DNA of 64,000 bases, taken from contig OZ024761.1 of NCBI GenBank assembly GCA_964016885.1, forward strand, positions 4,340,001-4,404,000. Direction: 5' to 3'. Shown in pieces: positions 47,545-60,200 of the stretch. How positions within the stretch are numbered: position 1 is the stretch's first letter; every line of letters begins with the position of its first letter. The stretch comes from Eledone cirrhosa. Lineage: Eukaryota. Made by a program: the position numbers and the translations under genes. Under the pieces are notes generated by a model. It saw only the letters and a list, made by a program, of their open reading frames with translations. It was not told where the DNA came from and made no database searches.

Positions 47545-47814
47545 TTATTTTGAGAACAATACCTTAACATAAGTATGAGTAGTCAGTTACAGCCGGTTTA
47601 AATGCTAAAGGGTTAAGAGTGTATCAAGAGTCTTTCAGATGTATGAGGAGGGAGATTGTATTGCAGTTGTTAGAGTAGTGGGGTGAGGAAGGACTGAAGT
47701 AGAAATGTGTTGAGGGAATAGTTCTTGTTTTTCTTCTTTTTCTTCATCAGAAGAGGAAATACATAAAGATATTTAATAAGACTGTGCTGGGTGAAAGTGA
47801 AACAATGTTGTATA

Positions 47815-48265
47815 TGGTAGAGGTAGTGGTGGTGGTGGTGGTAGTGGTAGTAGTAGTGGTACTAGTGGTGGTGGTGGTGGCAGTAGTTGTGGCAGTAGTA
47901 ATGGCAGTAGTAGTAGTGGCAGTAGTATTGGTACTAGTAGTAGTGGTAGTAGTAGTAGTAGTGGCAGTAGTAGTAGTAGCAGTAGTAGTAGTGGTGGTAG
48001 TAGTAGTAGTAGTGGCAGTAGTAGTAGTAGCAGTAGTAGTAGTAGCAGTAGTAGTAGTGGTAGTAGTATTAGTAGTGGCAGTAGTGGTAGTAGTAGTAGT
48101 GGCAGTAGTAGCAGTAGTAATAGTGGTAATAGTATTAGTAGTGGCAGTAGTAGTAGTAGTAGTGGCAGTAGTATTAGTAGTGGCAGTAGTAGTAGTAGCA
48201 GTAGTAATAGTGGTAATAGTATTAGTAGTGGCAGTAGTAGTAGTAGTAGCAGCAGCAGTAGTAAT
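47815..48265. repeat. (GTA/GTG/GCA)n trinucleotide tract
   Basis: Direct inspection. Confidence 0.95.
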
Positions 48266-48699
48266 GTCCAAAGTAGATGGGGTTCCTTCTTCTAAATGGC
48301 TAAAGACTCCAGACTTCTGTAGACTAATGAACTATCGACTACGACAGTCGAACTTTTGTCAGTTATAACAGCCTGCTCATGAAATTAACGAGCAAGTGAC
48401 TGAGCATTCTCCCGCCTTGAACCATATACACATAAATCAATTCTCAGCGAGATTCAGCATCACACAATGTCCCTTTGAATTATGGATACAATTCATTTTT
48501 TGTGAGCTGAGTGAGCTGGCTGGGGGAACATGAAATAAAATATCTTGCTCAAGGACACAACACAGATGCTGGGAATTGAACACACAACCTTACAACGATG
48601 AGCCCAACACCTTAACTAACAATAAACATGATAAATAAAAAGTATGGTGGTGATGATGATATATTGTTTTGAGGACACAATGTTAAGTATTTGATAGAA

Positions 48700-49200
48700 G
48701 GGAGTCACACTGCTTCCATTGCCAAACAGGATAACATTTGGAAATACTGGGACTTATCAAATTATCTTTTCCAGCCTGTGGCGTTTTGTGGAGTTGGGCT
48801 GCTGACAGCGAAGTTCTTGCCATCACCTCACCTTACTGAGGTGTCAGGTGATGCCTGTGAGGGTGCTTGGTTGTTTCAGCACCTTTGCCTCGCCATCACC
48901 TCACCTTACTGAGGGGTCAGGTAATGCCTGTGAGGGTGCTTGGTTGTTTCAGCACCTTAGCCTCGCCATCACCTCACCTTACTGAGGGGTCAGGTAATGC
49001 CTGTGAGGGTGCCTGGTTATTTCAGCACCTTAGCCTCGCCATCACCTCACCTTACTGAGGGGTCAGGTAATGCCTGTGAGGGTGCCTGGTTGTTTCAGCA
49101 CCTTAGCCTCGCCATCACCTCACCTTACTGAGGGGTCAGGTGATGCCCGTGAGAGTGCACCCGTGATAATGCTGCGAGTGTGTTAGCTTGCCCCAAAGTG
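48700..49200 (+). mobile_element. Second CRE-like LINE 3' remnant with an internal 73-bp tandem array
   Basis: KYWDLSNYLFQPVAF matches ~12610-12660; gccatcacc recurs at 48819, 48892, 48965, 49038, 49111. Confidence 0.72.
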
Positions 49201-49654
49201 TGTAGTTAACCCCTAAGATGTGAGGTGTGGCCGATTGATGCATTTGATGGTGAGTTGCCTCCCATCCCCCTCTTTTTTCTTTCCTTTATCATTTATGTTC
49301 AATGAATCATATATTTTTATACACATTGTATTTATTATACGTTTATATTTTCATTCTGAAAGAACTGTGAACAATTTGTAATGTTATTTATACAACTGTG
49401 ATAAACTGATTCTGCATTTAATACCATTCTATATTCTGTAGAAGTTCCACCATAGAACCCAATATGGTTAATACACATGAGACTGATCACAGACTTTCCC
49501 TATTTCTTTATTAAATCCTTTAGTCAACCATTTCTCCTTCTCAAGCTGCCAATTTAATCAACACATCCATTTTTTTTTCATAATGACTCCATCTTGCTAA
49601 AATGAAAAGTTGTCTTATATATGTGTAAGTACATATCTAAATATACACACACGC

Positions 49655-49688
<34 letters not shown>

Positions 49689-49942
49689 GTAAGTATATCT
49701 AAATATATACACACTCACACACACACATATATATATCTAAATACACACACACATATGTGTGTGTGTGTGTACATATCTAAATATACACACACTCACATGT
49801 AAGTGTATATATCTAAATAAACACACACACACACACATATATATATATACAAATATACACATGCATATATATATGTATATAGTGAAACTAATAAACCTTT
49901 GTTTGTACTGCCTCTCTGTTTTGTTCCCGTTCCATTTTTTCA

Positions 49943-49968
49943 CTATATATATATATATATATCATCAT

Positions 49969-50003
<35 letters not shown>

Positions 50004-50107
50004 TATATATGTGTGTATATGTATATATATATATATATATAGAAATATATATATGTGTGTATATGTATATGTATGTATATATATGTATATATATATGTGT
50101 ATGTATG

Positions 50108-50155
<48 letters not shown>

Positions 50156-50337
50156 TGTATGTATATATATATATATATATATATATGAATGTATGTATAT
50201 ATATATATATATATATATGTATTTATATGAATGTATGTATATGTATATATATATATGTGTATATATAAATATATGTGTGTATATGTATATATATATATAT
50301 ATGTATGTATATATATGAATGTATGTATATATATATG

Positions 50338-50385
<48 letters not shown>

Positions 50386-50431
50386 CATATATGTATATAT
50401 ATATATATGTACGTATGTATATATGTATGTC

Positions 50432-50464
<33 letters not shown>

Positions 50465-50558
50465 ACATATATATCCATATATATACATACATACATATAC
50501 ATATATATATATACATACATACATATATATAGATACATACATATACATATATATATAC

Positions 50559-50589
<31 letters not shown>

Positions 50590-50597
50590 CATATACA

Positions 50598-50665
<68 letters not shown>

Positions 50666-50666
50666 C

Positions 50667-50729
<63 letters not shown>

Positions 50730-50752
50730 CATATATATATACATATATATAT

Positions 50753-50785
<33 letters not shown>

Positions 50786-50810
50786 TATATACATACATAT
50801 ATATATATAT

Positions 50811-50845
<35 letters not shown>

Positions 50846-50872
50846 CATATATACATATATATATATATATAC

Positions 50873-50903
<31 letters not shown>

Positions 50904-51078
50904 CATACATATATATATACATATATATATACATACATATATATATACATACATATATATATACATATATATATACATACATATATATATACATATATAT
51001 ATATACATATATATATACATACATATATATATATATATACATACATATATATATATATATACATATATATATACATAC

Positions 51079-51109
<31 letters not shown>

Positions 51110-51176
51110 CATATATATATACACACATATATATATACACATATATACATATATATATATATACATACATATATAT

Positions 51177-51215
<39 letters not shown>

Positions 51216-51559
51216 TATACATATATATATATATACACATATATATATATATATACATACATACATATATATATATACATATATACATACATACATATAT
51301 ATATATACATATATACATACATACATATATATATATACATATATATACATACATACATATGAATATATATATATACATATATATATATGTATATATATAT
51401 ATATATGTATGTATGTGTATGTATATATATATGTATGTATGTGTATATATATATATATATATATATGTGCATGTATATATATATGTATGTGTATATATAT
51501 ATGTATGTGTGTATATATATATATGCATATGTGTATATATATATATGCATGTGTATATG

Positions 51560-51616
<57 letters not shown>

Positions 51617-51720
51617 GTGTATATATATATATGTATGTGTGTATATATATATATGCATATGTGTATATGTTAATATACATATATATATGTGTGTGTATAT
51701 GTATATATATGTATATATAT
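49943..51720. repeat. ~1.8-kb compound (TA)n/(TACA)n/(TATG)n microsatellite
   Basis: Direct inspection. Confidence 0.97.
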
Positions 51721-52369
51721 TTATTCTGATGTGGTTTCTTTCTATAACAATAAAAAAGAAAAGAAAAGTGAGTGGTGGTGGAGGTACGGGGGTGGGTGTG
51801 GAGGAATGGTATGGGGTGGGGGTATGGTGGTGGGTGTGGAGGAATGGTATGGGGTGGGGGTATGGTGGTGGTAGAAGTATGGAATATAATCAGAACGTTG
51901 GTAGGGTAGTATCAAGTGTTTCCAATATTGGTTGTAGTGACTACTACTGACAAAGTCTACAGATAGAGACTATTTCACACAGCACGACGACCACCATCAC
52001 CCCAACCACTACCGCCACGACCCCCCCCCCACCCTCCCACCACCCACACTACCGCCACCACCCCCAGCATCACCTATCAACACATTTGTCTTAATCACAC
52101 ATATCCTGGAAATGTTCAATAAATAGAGATAATGGTAAACATACACACATTTACATATATATATATATATATATTGTTATACTTTGGGAGGGTCATGTTG
52201 CCAATAAGAAACACACGCACCAGTTGCTTTCACTTCAATTTATTATATATTTATAAATTTATAAATTTACAAATTTATAAATTTCTGGTTGGCACACAAC
52301 ACACACACAGAAACAAAATGGCGTAGGACAGAACAAAGGAGAGGCACAGAAACAAAGAAAGGAATCCCC

Positions 52370-52414
52370 AGTCACTGAAGAGGTCACAGAGTGTGTGACG
52401 AAAGAACTATGACT
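52370..52414 (+). ncRNA. Minimal type-I hammerhead motif (HHR7)
   Basis: agtca CTGAAGA g gtcaca-gagtg-tgtgac GAAA gaac TA tgact. Confidence 0.75.
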
Positions 52415-52564
52415 ATATATAAACAACTATCAATTTATTATATATTTATAAATTTATAAATTTACAAATTTATAAATTTCTGGTTGGCACACAACACACA
52501 CACAGAAACAAAATGGCGTAGGACAGAACAAAGGAGAGGCACAGAAACAAAGAAAGGAATCCCC

Positions 52565-52609
52565 AGTCACTGAAGAGGTCACAGAGTGTGTGACGAAAGA
52601 ACTATGACT
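52565..52609 (+). ncRNA. Minimal type-I hammerhead motif (HHR8), identical to HHR7
   Basis: Same sequence 195 bp downstream. Confidence 0.75.
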
Positions 52610-52815
52610 ATATATAAACAACTATCTGGTTGTGGAACCAACCAACCAACCAGAAATTTATAAATTTGTAAATTTATAAATTTATAATAAATTGAAGTGA
52701 AAGCAACTGGTACGTGTGTTTCTTATTGGCAACATGACCCTCCCAAAGTATAACAATATCGGTTTCAACACACGATTTCAGATAAAGAATCTTGCTAAAC
52801 AAATTCAGAAACGAA

Positions 52816-52849
<34 letters not shown>

Positions 52850-52985
52850 TGAGTATGTGTTGGTTGTTTAACGACACACTTCAGTGAACAGGTTACAGCA
52901 CTCAACGAAGTGCGCAGCTGGGTCTGTTTACTCCAATTAACAAGGTAAACTCTATTCCAGCATTATGTTTCCCTGTTTTTTTTTC

Positions 52986-53068
52986 TGTTCAAGTTCTAGC
53001 TGTCTGATGAGGTCATAGCTGTTGAATAATGGTTATCACTGAAATATATATAACAGTGAATATGAATA
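52986..53068 (+). ncRNA. Minimal type-I hammerhead motif (HHR9), intact core
   Basis: gctgt/acagt stem I extended by tgttca/tgaata; CTGATGA 53004-53010; atagctgtt/aatggttat stem II; GAAA 53041-53044; palindromic TATATA; UA site. Confidence 0.78.
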
Positions 53069-53081
53069 AACAAAGTTAATT

Positions 53082-53260
53082 TTATAAAGTGTCGGGACCC
53101 GACAGCTGAGCTACTGCCATTTCCACAGCCAGTTTCAGTCTGTAATTAGCTGTTGGTACAGCAAGAGCTCAGCTGCTGGGTTCCGATTCTTTATAATATA
53201 ACCATACTCTACTACCCCAAGTATCGAGTACTCTGTTAAGTAATGGTATAACTGGTATCA
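53082..53260. repeat. Long hairpin plus conserved downstream motif, homologous to 4554-4750
   Basis: ttataaag...tcgggaccc...cagctgagct / agctcagctg...gggttccga...ctttataa, then actctactaccccaagtatcgagtac. Confidence 0.75.
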
Positions 53261-53277
53261 AACTGATTCTATCCTGA

Positions 53278-53308
<31 letters not shown>

Positions 53309-53389
53309 TTACTTGTACAAACATAAGGAAATTCCCATACATACAGATATATATATATATGTATAAATTTAGGTTTGTGTGTGTACATA

Positions 53390-53590
53390 CATCATCATCA
53401 TTGATTAACGTCCATCTTCCATGCTAGCATGGGTTGGACGGGTCCTATTTTGAGGCAAGTAGTGTCAGGTAACTGTGTCTCGCTCATGTAGGGGTGTATT
53501 TGGCTGGTTTTCTACGGCTGGATGCCCTTCCTAATGCTGACCACATTGACAGTGTGGACTGGGTGCTTTTTGCCGTGTCTTTTACACGTC
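53390..53590 (-). mobile_element. RTE-tail SINE (family B)
   Basis: catcatcatc...ttccatgctagcatgggtt...ctacggctggatgcccttcctaa. Confidence 0.8.
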
Positions 53591-53789
53591 TACTTTACAT
53601 ATATATATATATAGACATTCACACACACACAGATAGATACACACATAGAAACACTCACACACACACACAATACACATCTGTACAAATCACCCATCTACAC
53701 TCATATTATATTGCTGAAGACCCCCCCCCCCCCACCCAGCAGCCTACCACCAGACCTCCCCCCCCTTGTACTCTGCCCAGGCATGAACA

Positions 53790-53992
53790 TGTCGTTATGT
53801 TGTTGTTATTGGTGGCGGTGGTAGTGGTAGTGTTGTTGTTGTTGGTGGTAGTGTTTGTGGTGGTGGTGTTGGTATTGGTGGTAGTGGTAGTGTTGGTGTT
53901 GTTATTATTGTTATTGGTGGTGGTGGTGTTGGTGTTGTTGTTGTTGTTATTGGTGGTGCTGGTGTTGTTATTGGTGGTGGGTGGGTGGTAGT
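53790..53992. repeat. (GTG/TTG)n low-complexity tract
   Basis: Direct inspection. Confidence 0.85.
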
Positions 53993-54123
53993 GTGATCAG
54001 GTTTGTAGTGGAGGTGTCAAACAGTCAATAGTAATACTATAGTGTAATAAAGAGGTGACCACCACCACCACCACCACCACCACTACCACCCCCACTGTGT
54101 GTGTGTGTGTGCAGTCATTTCCT

Positions 54124-54254
54124 CTACCTCTGATTATCTTCATCCCATATACCATTGTAGGCGTAGTCAGCTTTGTTGTGCATGATCAGTTTGTTTTCAA
54201 CAAAGTAAAAACTATCTGATCTAGTGTCATAGGGACTTCTGATCATATCATCAA
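54124..54254 (-). CDS. UNC119: UNC119 terminal coding exon
   Basis: atttcAG acceptor on minus; ...WDEDNQR then TAG at 54126-54124. Confidence 0.93.
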
Positions 54255-57200
54255 CTGAAATAGAACAGAACAAACCTTTAAATATAACAATAACTTGGGA
54301 AAGCCATGAACTTCACAACGTATCACTCACCCAACGGTATTTTTAATGAAAGTTATTGTCTAATATTTTCAAATAATTCTGAAAATAACCAAGAATTTAG
54401 TAACTTTCACATTATAAAGCTGGCCTTTGGTACATCATCATCATCATTGTTTAACATTTGTTTTCCCTGTTTGTAGGGGTTGGACATAACTTAAGAGAGG
54501 TTCTTACAGAAAATTATATTGGGAAGCTTTTTAGATAAATATGAATCCGTAAAAAACAAAAACAAACTTTTTATCATAATTTTAAATAAGAACCTTTGTT
54601 AAGTTATGTTTCAAACACTGGCTTAATAACGAGAAAGTTAGATATATCACTAAATCCCTCCAAATATTTGATTATTTGAAAGTTTTATTGAAAATCATAG
54701 ACAGAAATATCATCATCACCACCATTTAATGACTGCATTTCCTGCTAGCAAGGGGTGGACCTAGTCAGTACTGACCTCCTCCTCCCTACTAGCAAGGGTT
54801 TGACATGTCTACACCATGTCAGTACTGAAGGGGTGCTACTGACCTCCTCCTCCCTACTAGCAAGGGTTTGACATGTCTACACCATGTCAGTACTGAAGGG
54901 TGCTACTGACCTCCTCCCTACTAGCAAGGGTTTGACAGGTCTACACCATGTCATTACTGAAGGGGTGCTACTGACCTCCTCCCTACTAGCAAGGGTTTGA
55001 CATGTCTACACCATGTCAGTACTGAAGGGTGCTACTGACCTCCTCCCTACTAGCAAGGGTTTGACATGTCTACACCATGTCAGTACTGAAGGGGTGCTAC
55101 TGACCTCCTCCTCCCTACTAGGAAGGGTTTGACAGGTCTACACCATGTCAGTACTGAAGGGGTGCTACTGACCTCCTCCCTACTAGCAAGGGTTTGACAG
55201 GTCTACACCATGTCGGTACTGAAGGGGTGCTACTGACCTCCTCCTCCCTACTAGCAAGGGTTTGACAGGTCTACACCATGTCAGTACTGAAGGGTGCTAC
55301 TGACCCCCTCCCTACTAGCAAGGGTTTGACATGTCTACACCATGTCAGTACTGAAGGGTGCTACTGACCTCCTCCTCCCTACTAGCAAGGGTTTGACATG
55401 TCTACACCATGTCAGTACTGAAGGGTGCTACTGACCTCCTCCCTACTATCAAGGGTTTGACATGTCTACACCATGTCAGTACTGAAGGGTGCTACTGACC
55501 TCCTCCTCCCTACTAGCAAGGGTTTGACATGTCTACACCATGTCGGTACTGAAGGGGTGCTACTGACCTCCTCCCTACTAGCAAGGGTTTGACATGTCTA
55601 CACCATGTCGGTACTGAAGGGGTGCTACTGACCCCCTCCCTACTAGCAAGGGTTTGACATGTCTACACCATGTCGGTACTGAAGGGGTGCTACTGACCCC
55701 CTCCCTACTAGCAAGGGTTTGACATGTCTACACCATGTCGGTACTGAAGGGGTGCTACTGACCCCCTCCCTACTAGCAAGGATTTGACATGTCTACACCA
55801 TGTCGGTACTGAAGGGGTGCTACTGACCCCCTCCCTACTAGCAAGGGTTTGACATGTCTACACCATGTCAGTACTGAAGGGTGCTACTGACCTCCTCCCT
55901 ACTAGCAAGGGTTTGACATGTCTACACCATGTCAGTACTGAAGGGTGCTACTGACCTCCTCCCTACTAGCAAGGGTTTGACATGTCTACACCATGTCGGT
56001 ACTGAAGGGGTGCTACTGACCTCCTCCCTACTAGCAAGGGTTTGACATGTCTACACCATGTCAGTACTGAAGGGGTGCTACTGACCTCCTCCTCCCTACT
56101 AGCAAGGGTTTGACATGTCTACACCATGTCGGTACTGAAGGGGTGCTACTGACCCCCTCCCTACTAGCAAGGGTTTGACATGTCTACACCATGTCGGTAC
56201 TGAAGGGGTGCTACTGACCTCCTCCTCCCTACTAGCAAGGGTTTGACATGTCTACACCATGTCGGTACTGAAGGGTGCTACTGACCTCCCTACTAGCAAG
56301 GGTTTGACATGTCTACACCATGTCGGTACTGAAGGGGTGCTACTGACCCCCTCCCTACTAGCAAGGGTTTGACATGTCTACACCATGTCGGTACTGAAGG
56401 GGTGCTACTGACCCCCTCCCTACTAGCAAGGGTTTGACATGTCTACACCATGTCGGTACTGAAGGGTGCTACTGACCTCCCTACTAGCAAGGGTTTGACA
56501 TGTCTACACCATGTCAGTACTGAAGGGGTGCTACTGACCTCCCTACTAGCAAGGGTTTGACATGTCTACACCATGTCGGTACTGAAGGGTGCTACTGACC
56601 TCCCTACTAGCAAGGGTTTGACATGTCTACACCATGTCAGTACTGAAGGGGTGCTACTGACCTCCTCCCTACTAGCAAGGGTTTGACATGTCTACAACAT
56701 GTCGGTACTGAAGGGTGCTACTGACCTCCTCCCTACTAGCAAGGGTTTGACATGTCTACACCATGTCGGTACTGAAGGGGTGCTACTTACCTCCTCCCTA
56801 CTAGCAAGGGTTTGACATGTCTACATCATGTCAGTACTGAAGGGTGCTACTGACCTCCTCCTCCCTACTAGCAAGGGTTTGACATGTCTACACCATGTCA
56901 GTACTGAAGGGGTGCTACTGACCTCCTCCTCCCTACTAGCAAGGGTTTGACATGTCTACACCATGTCAGTACTGAAGGGGTGCTACTGACCCCCTCCCCA
57001 CTAGCAAGGGTTTGACATGTCTACACCATGTCAGTACTGAAGGGGTGCTACTGACCTCCTCCTCCCTACTAGCAAGGGTTTGACATGTCTACACCATGTC
57101 AGTACTGAAGGGGTGCTACTGACCCCCTCCCCACTAGCAAGGGTTTGACATGTCTACACCATGTCAGTACTGAAGGGGTGCTACTGACCTCCTCCTCCCT

Positions 57201-60200
57201 ACTAGCAAGGGTTTGACATGTCTACACCATGTCAGTACTGAAGGGGTGCTACTGACCTACCAGAGAGGTCGAGGGATCTGCATCCTGTTTACATATTGAG
57301 TGCAGAGGATAAGTTGTTGTGTCTTTTGACAGAAACTGAAGGGTCCTCCTAACCCCTTGTTTGGCAAGCTTTCTATGGTTAACCTGTTGATAGTCCGTAT
57401 ATTTTACACAGCTACAGTTGCTGTGTTGACTGCTGTGTATATTTTACACAGCTACAGTTGCTGTGTTGACTACTGTGTATATTTTACACAGCTACAGTTG
57501 CTGTGTTGACTGCTGTGTATATTTTACACAGCTACAGTTGCTGTGTTGACTACTGTGTATATTTTACACAGCTACAGTTGCTGTGTTGACTACTGTGTAT
57601 ATTTTACACAGCTACAGTTGCTGTGTTGACTACTGTGTATATTTTACACAGCTACAGTTGCTGTGTTGACTGCTGTGTATATTTTACACAGCTACAGTTG
57701 CTGTGTTGACTACTGTGTATATTTTACACAGCTACAGTTGCTGTGTTGACTACTGTGTATATTTTACACAGCTACAGTTGCTGTGTTGACTACTGTGTAT
57801 ATTTTACACAGCTACAGTTGCTGTGTTGACTACTGTGTATATTTTACACAGCTACAGTTGCTGTGTTGACTGCTGTGTATATTTTACACAGCTACAGTTG
57901 CTGTGTTGACTACTGTGTATATTTTACACAGCTACAGTTGCTGTGTTGACTGCTGTGTATATTTTACACAGCTACAGTTGCTGTGTTGACTACTGTGTAT
58001 ATTTTACACAGCTACAGTTGCTGTGTTGACTACTGTGTATATTTTACACAGCTACAGTTGCTGTGTTGACTACTGTGTATATTTTACACAGCTACAGTTG
58101 CTGTGTTGACTGCTGTGTATATTTTACACAGCTACAGTTGCTGTGTTGACTACTGTGTATATTTTACACAGCTACAGTTGCTGTGTTGACTACTGTGTAT
58201 ATTTTACACAGCTACAGTTGCTGTGTTGACTACTGTGTATATTTTACACAGCTACAGTTGCTGTGTTGACTGCTGTGTATATTTTACACAGCTACAGTTG
58301 CTGTGTTGACTACTGTGTATATTTTACACAGCTACAGTTGCTGTGTTGACTACTGTGTATATTTTAAACAGCTACAGTTGCTGTGTTGACTACTGTGTAT
58401 ATTTTACACAGCTACAGTTGCTGTGTTGACTACTGTGTATATTTTACACAGCTACAGTTGCTGTGTTGACTACTGTGTATATTTTACACAGCTACAGTTG
58501 CTGTGTTGACTACTGTGTATATTTTACACAGCTACAGTTGCTGTGATGACTGCTGTGTATATTTTACACAGCTACAGTTGCTGTGTTGACTGCTGTGTAT
58601 ATTTTACACAGCTACAGTTGCTGTGTTGACTGCTGTGTATATTTTACACAGCTACAGTTGCTGTGTTGACTACTGTGTATATTTTACACAGCTACAGTTG
58701 CTGTATTGACTACTGTGTATATTTGACACAGCTACAGTTGCTGTGTTGACTACTGTGTATATTTTACACAGCTACAGTTGCTGTGTTGACTACTGTGTAT
58801 ATTTTACACAGCTACAGTTGCTGTGTTGACTGCTGTGTATATTTTACACAGCTACAGTTGCTGTGTTGACTACTGTGTATATTTTACACAGCTACAGTTG
58901 CTGTGTTGACTACTGTGTATATTTTACACAGCTACAGTTGCTGTGTTGACTACTGTGTATATTTTACACAGCTACAGTTGCTGTGTTGACTGCTGTGTAT
59001 ATTTTACACAACTACAGTTGCTGTGTTGACTACTGTGTATATTTTACACAGCTACAGTTGCTGTGTTGACTACTGTGTATATTTTACACAGCTACAGTTG
59101 CTGTGTTGACTGCTGTGTATATTTTACACAGCTACAGTTGCTGTGTTGACTGCTGTGTATATTTTACACAGCTACAGTTGCTGTGTTGACGGCTGTGTAT
59201 ATTTTACACAGCTACAGTTGCTGTGTATATTTTACACAGCTACAGTTGCTGTGTTGACTGCTGTGTATATTTTACACAGCTACAGTTGCTGTGTTGACGG
59301 CTGTGTATATTTTACACAGCTACAGTTGCTGTGTTGACTGCTGTGTATATTTTACACAGCTACAGTTGCTGTGTTGACGGCTGTGTATATTTTACACAGC
59401 TACAGTTGCTGTGTATATTTTACACAGCTACAGTTGCTGTGTTGACTGCTGTGTATATTTTACACAGCTACAGTTGCTGTGTTGACTACTGTGTATATTT
59501 TACACAGCTACAGTTGCTGTGTTGACTACTGTGTATATTTTACACAGCTACAGTTGCTGTGTTGACTACTGTGTATATTTTACACAGCTACAGTTGCTGT
59601 GTTGACTGCTGTGTATATTTTACACAGCTACAGTTGCTGTGTTGACTACTGTGTATATTTTACACAGCTACAGTTGCTGTGTTGACTACTGTGTATATTT
59701 TACACAGCTACAGTTGCTGTGTTGACTACTGTGTATATTTTACACAGCTACAGTTGCTGTGTTGACTACTGTGTATATTTTACACAGCTACAGTTGCTGT
59801 GTTGACTGCTGTGTATATTTTACACAGCTACAGTTGCTGTGTTGACTACTGTGTATATTTTACACAGCTACAGTTGCTGTGTTGACTGCTGTGTATATTT
59901 TACACAGCTACAGTTGCTGTGTTGACTACTGTGTATATTTTACACAGCTACAGTTGCTGTGTTGACTACTGTGTATATTTTACACAGCTACAGTTGCTGT
60001 GTTGACTACTGTGTATATTTTACACAGCTACAGTTGCTGTGTTGACTGCTGTGTATATTTTACACAGCTACAGTTGCTGTGTTGACTACTGTGTATATTT
60101 TACACAGCTACAGTTGCTGTGTTGACTACTGTGTATATTTTACACAGCTACAGTTGCTGTGTTGACTACTGTGTATATTTTACACAGCTACAGTTGCTGT

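Larger units (their letters stand above)
44555..47616 (+). mobile_element. Expanded piggyBac-like MITE (~3 kb, mostly 60/69-bp array) with nested LINE and SINE
   Basis: TTAA-CCCTTTACCATTTAC at 44555; TAAATGCTAAAGGG-TTAA ending 47616. Confidence 0.87.
52171..52759. mobile_element. Non-coding element with ~115-bp inverted arms enclosing a 195-bp tandem duplication (Penelope pLTR/retrozyme-like)
   Basis: Arms 52171-52292 / 52646-52759; units 52235-52429 and 52430-52626; one hammerhead per unit. Confidence 0.72.

Noticed and set aside
47747-51729. Poly-T/V and Y/I-rich ORFs
   Set aside because: Microsatellite translations
52750-52815. Minus-strand GAAACCGATA resembling a hammerhead 3' half
   Set aside because: No matching CUGANGA or stem I found upstream
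57255-57383. Unique island between arrays as a UNC119 cassette exon
   Set aside because: Flanking exons already join into the conserved protein; inclusion gives an immediate stop and the acceptor lacks a pyrimidine tract
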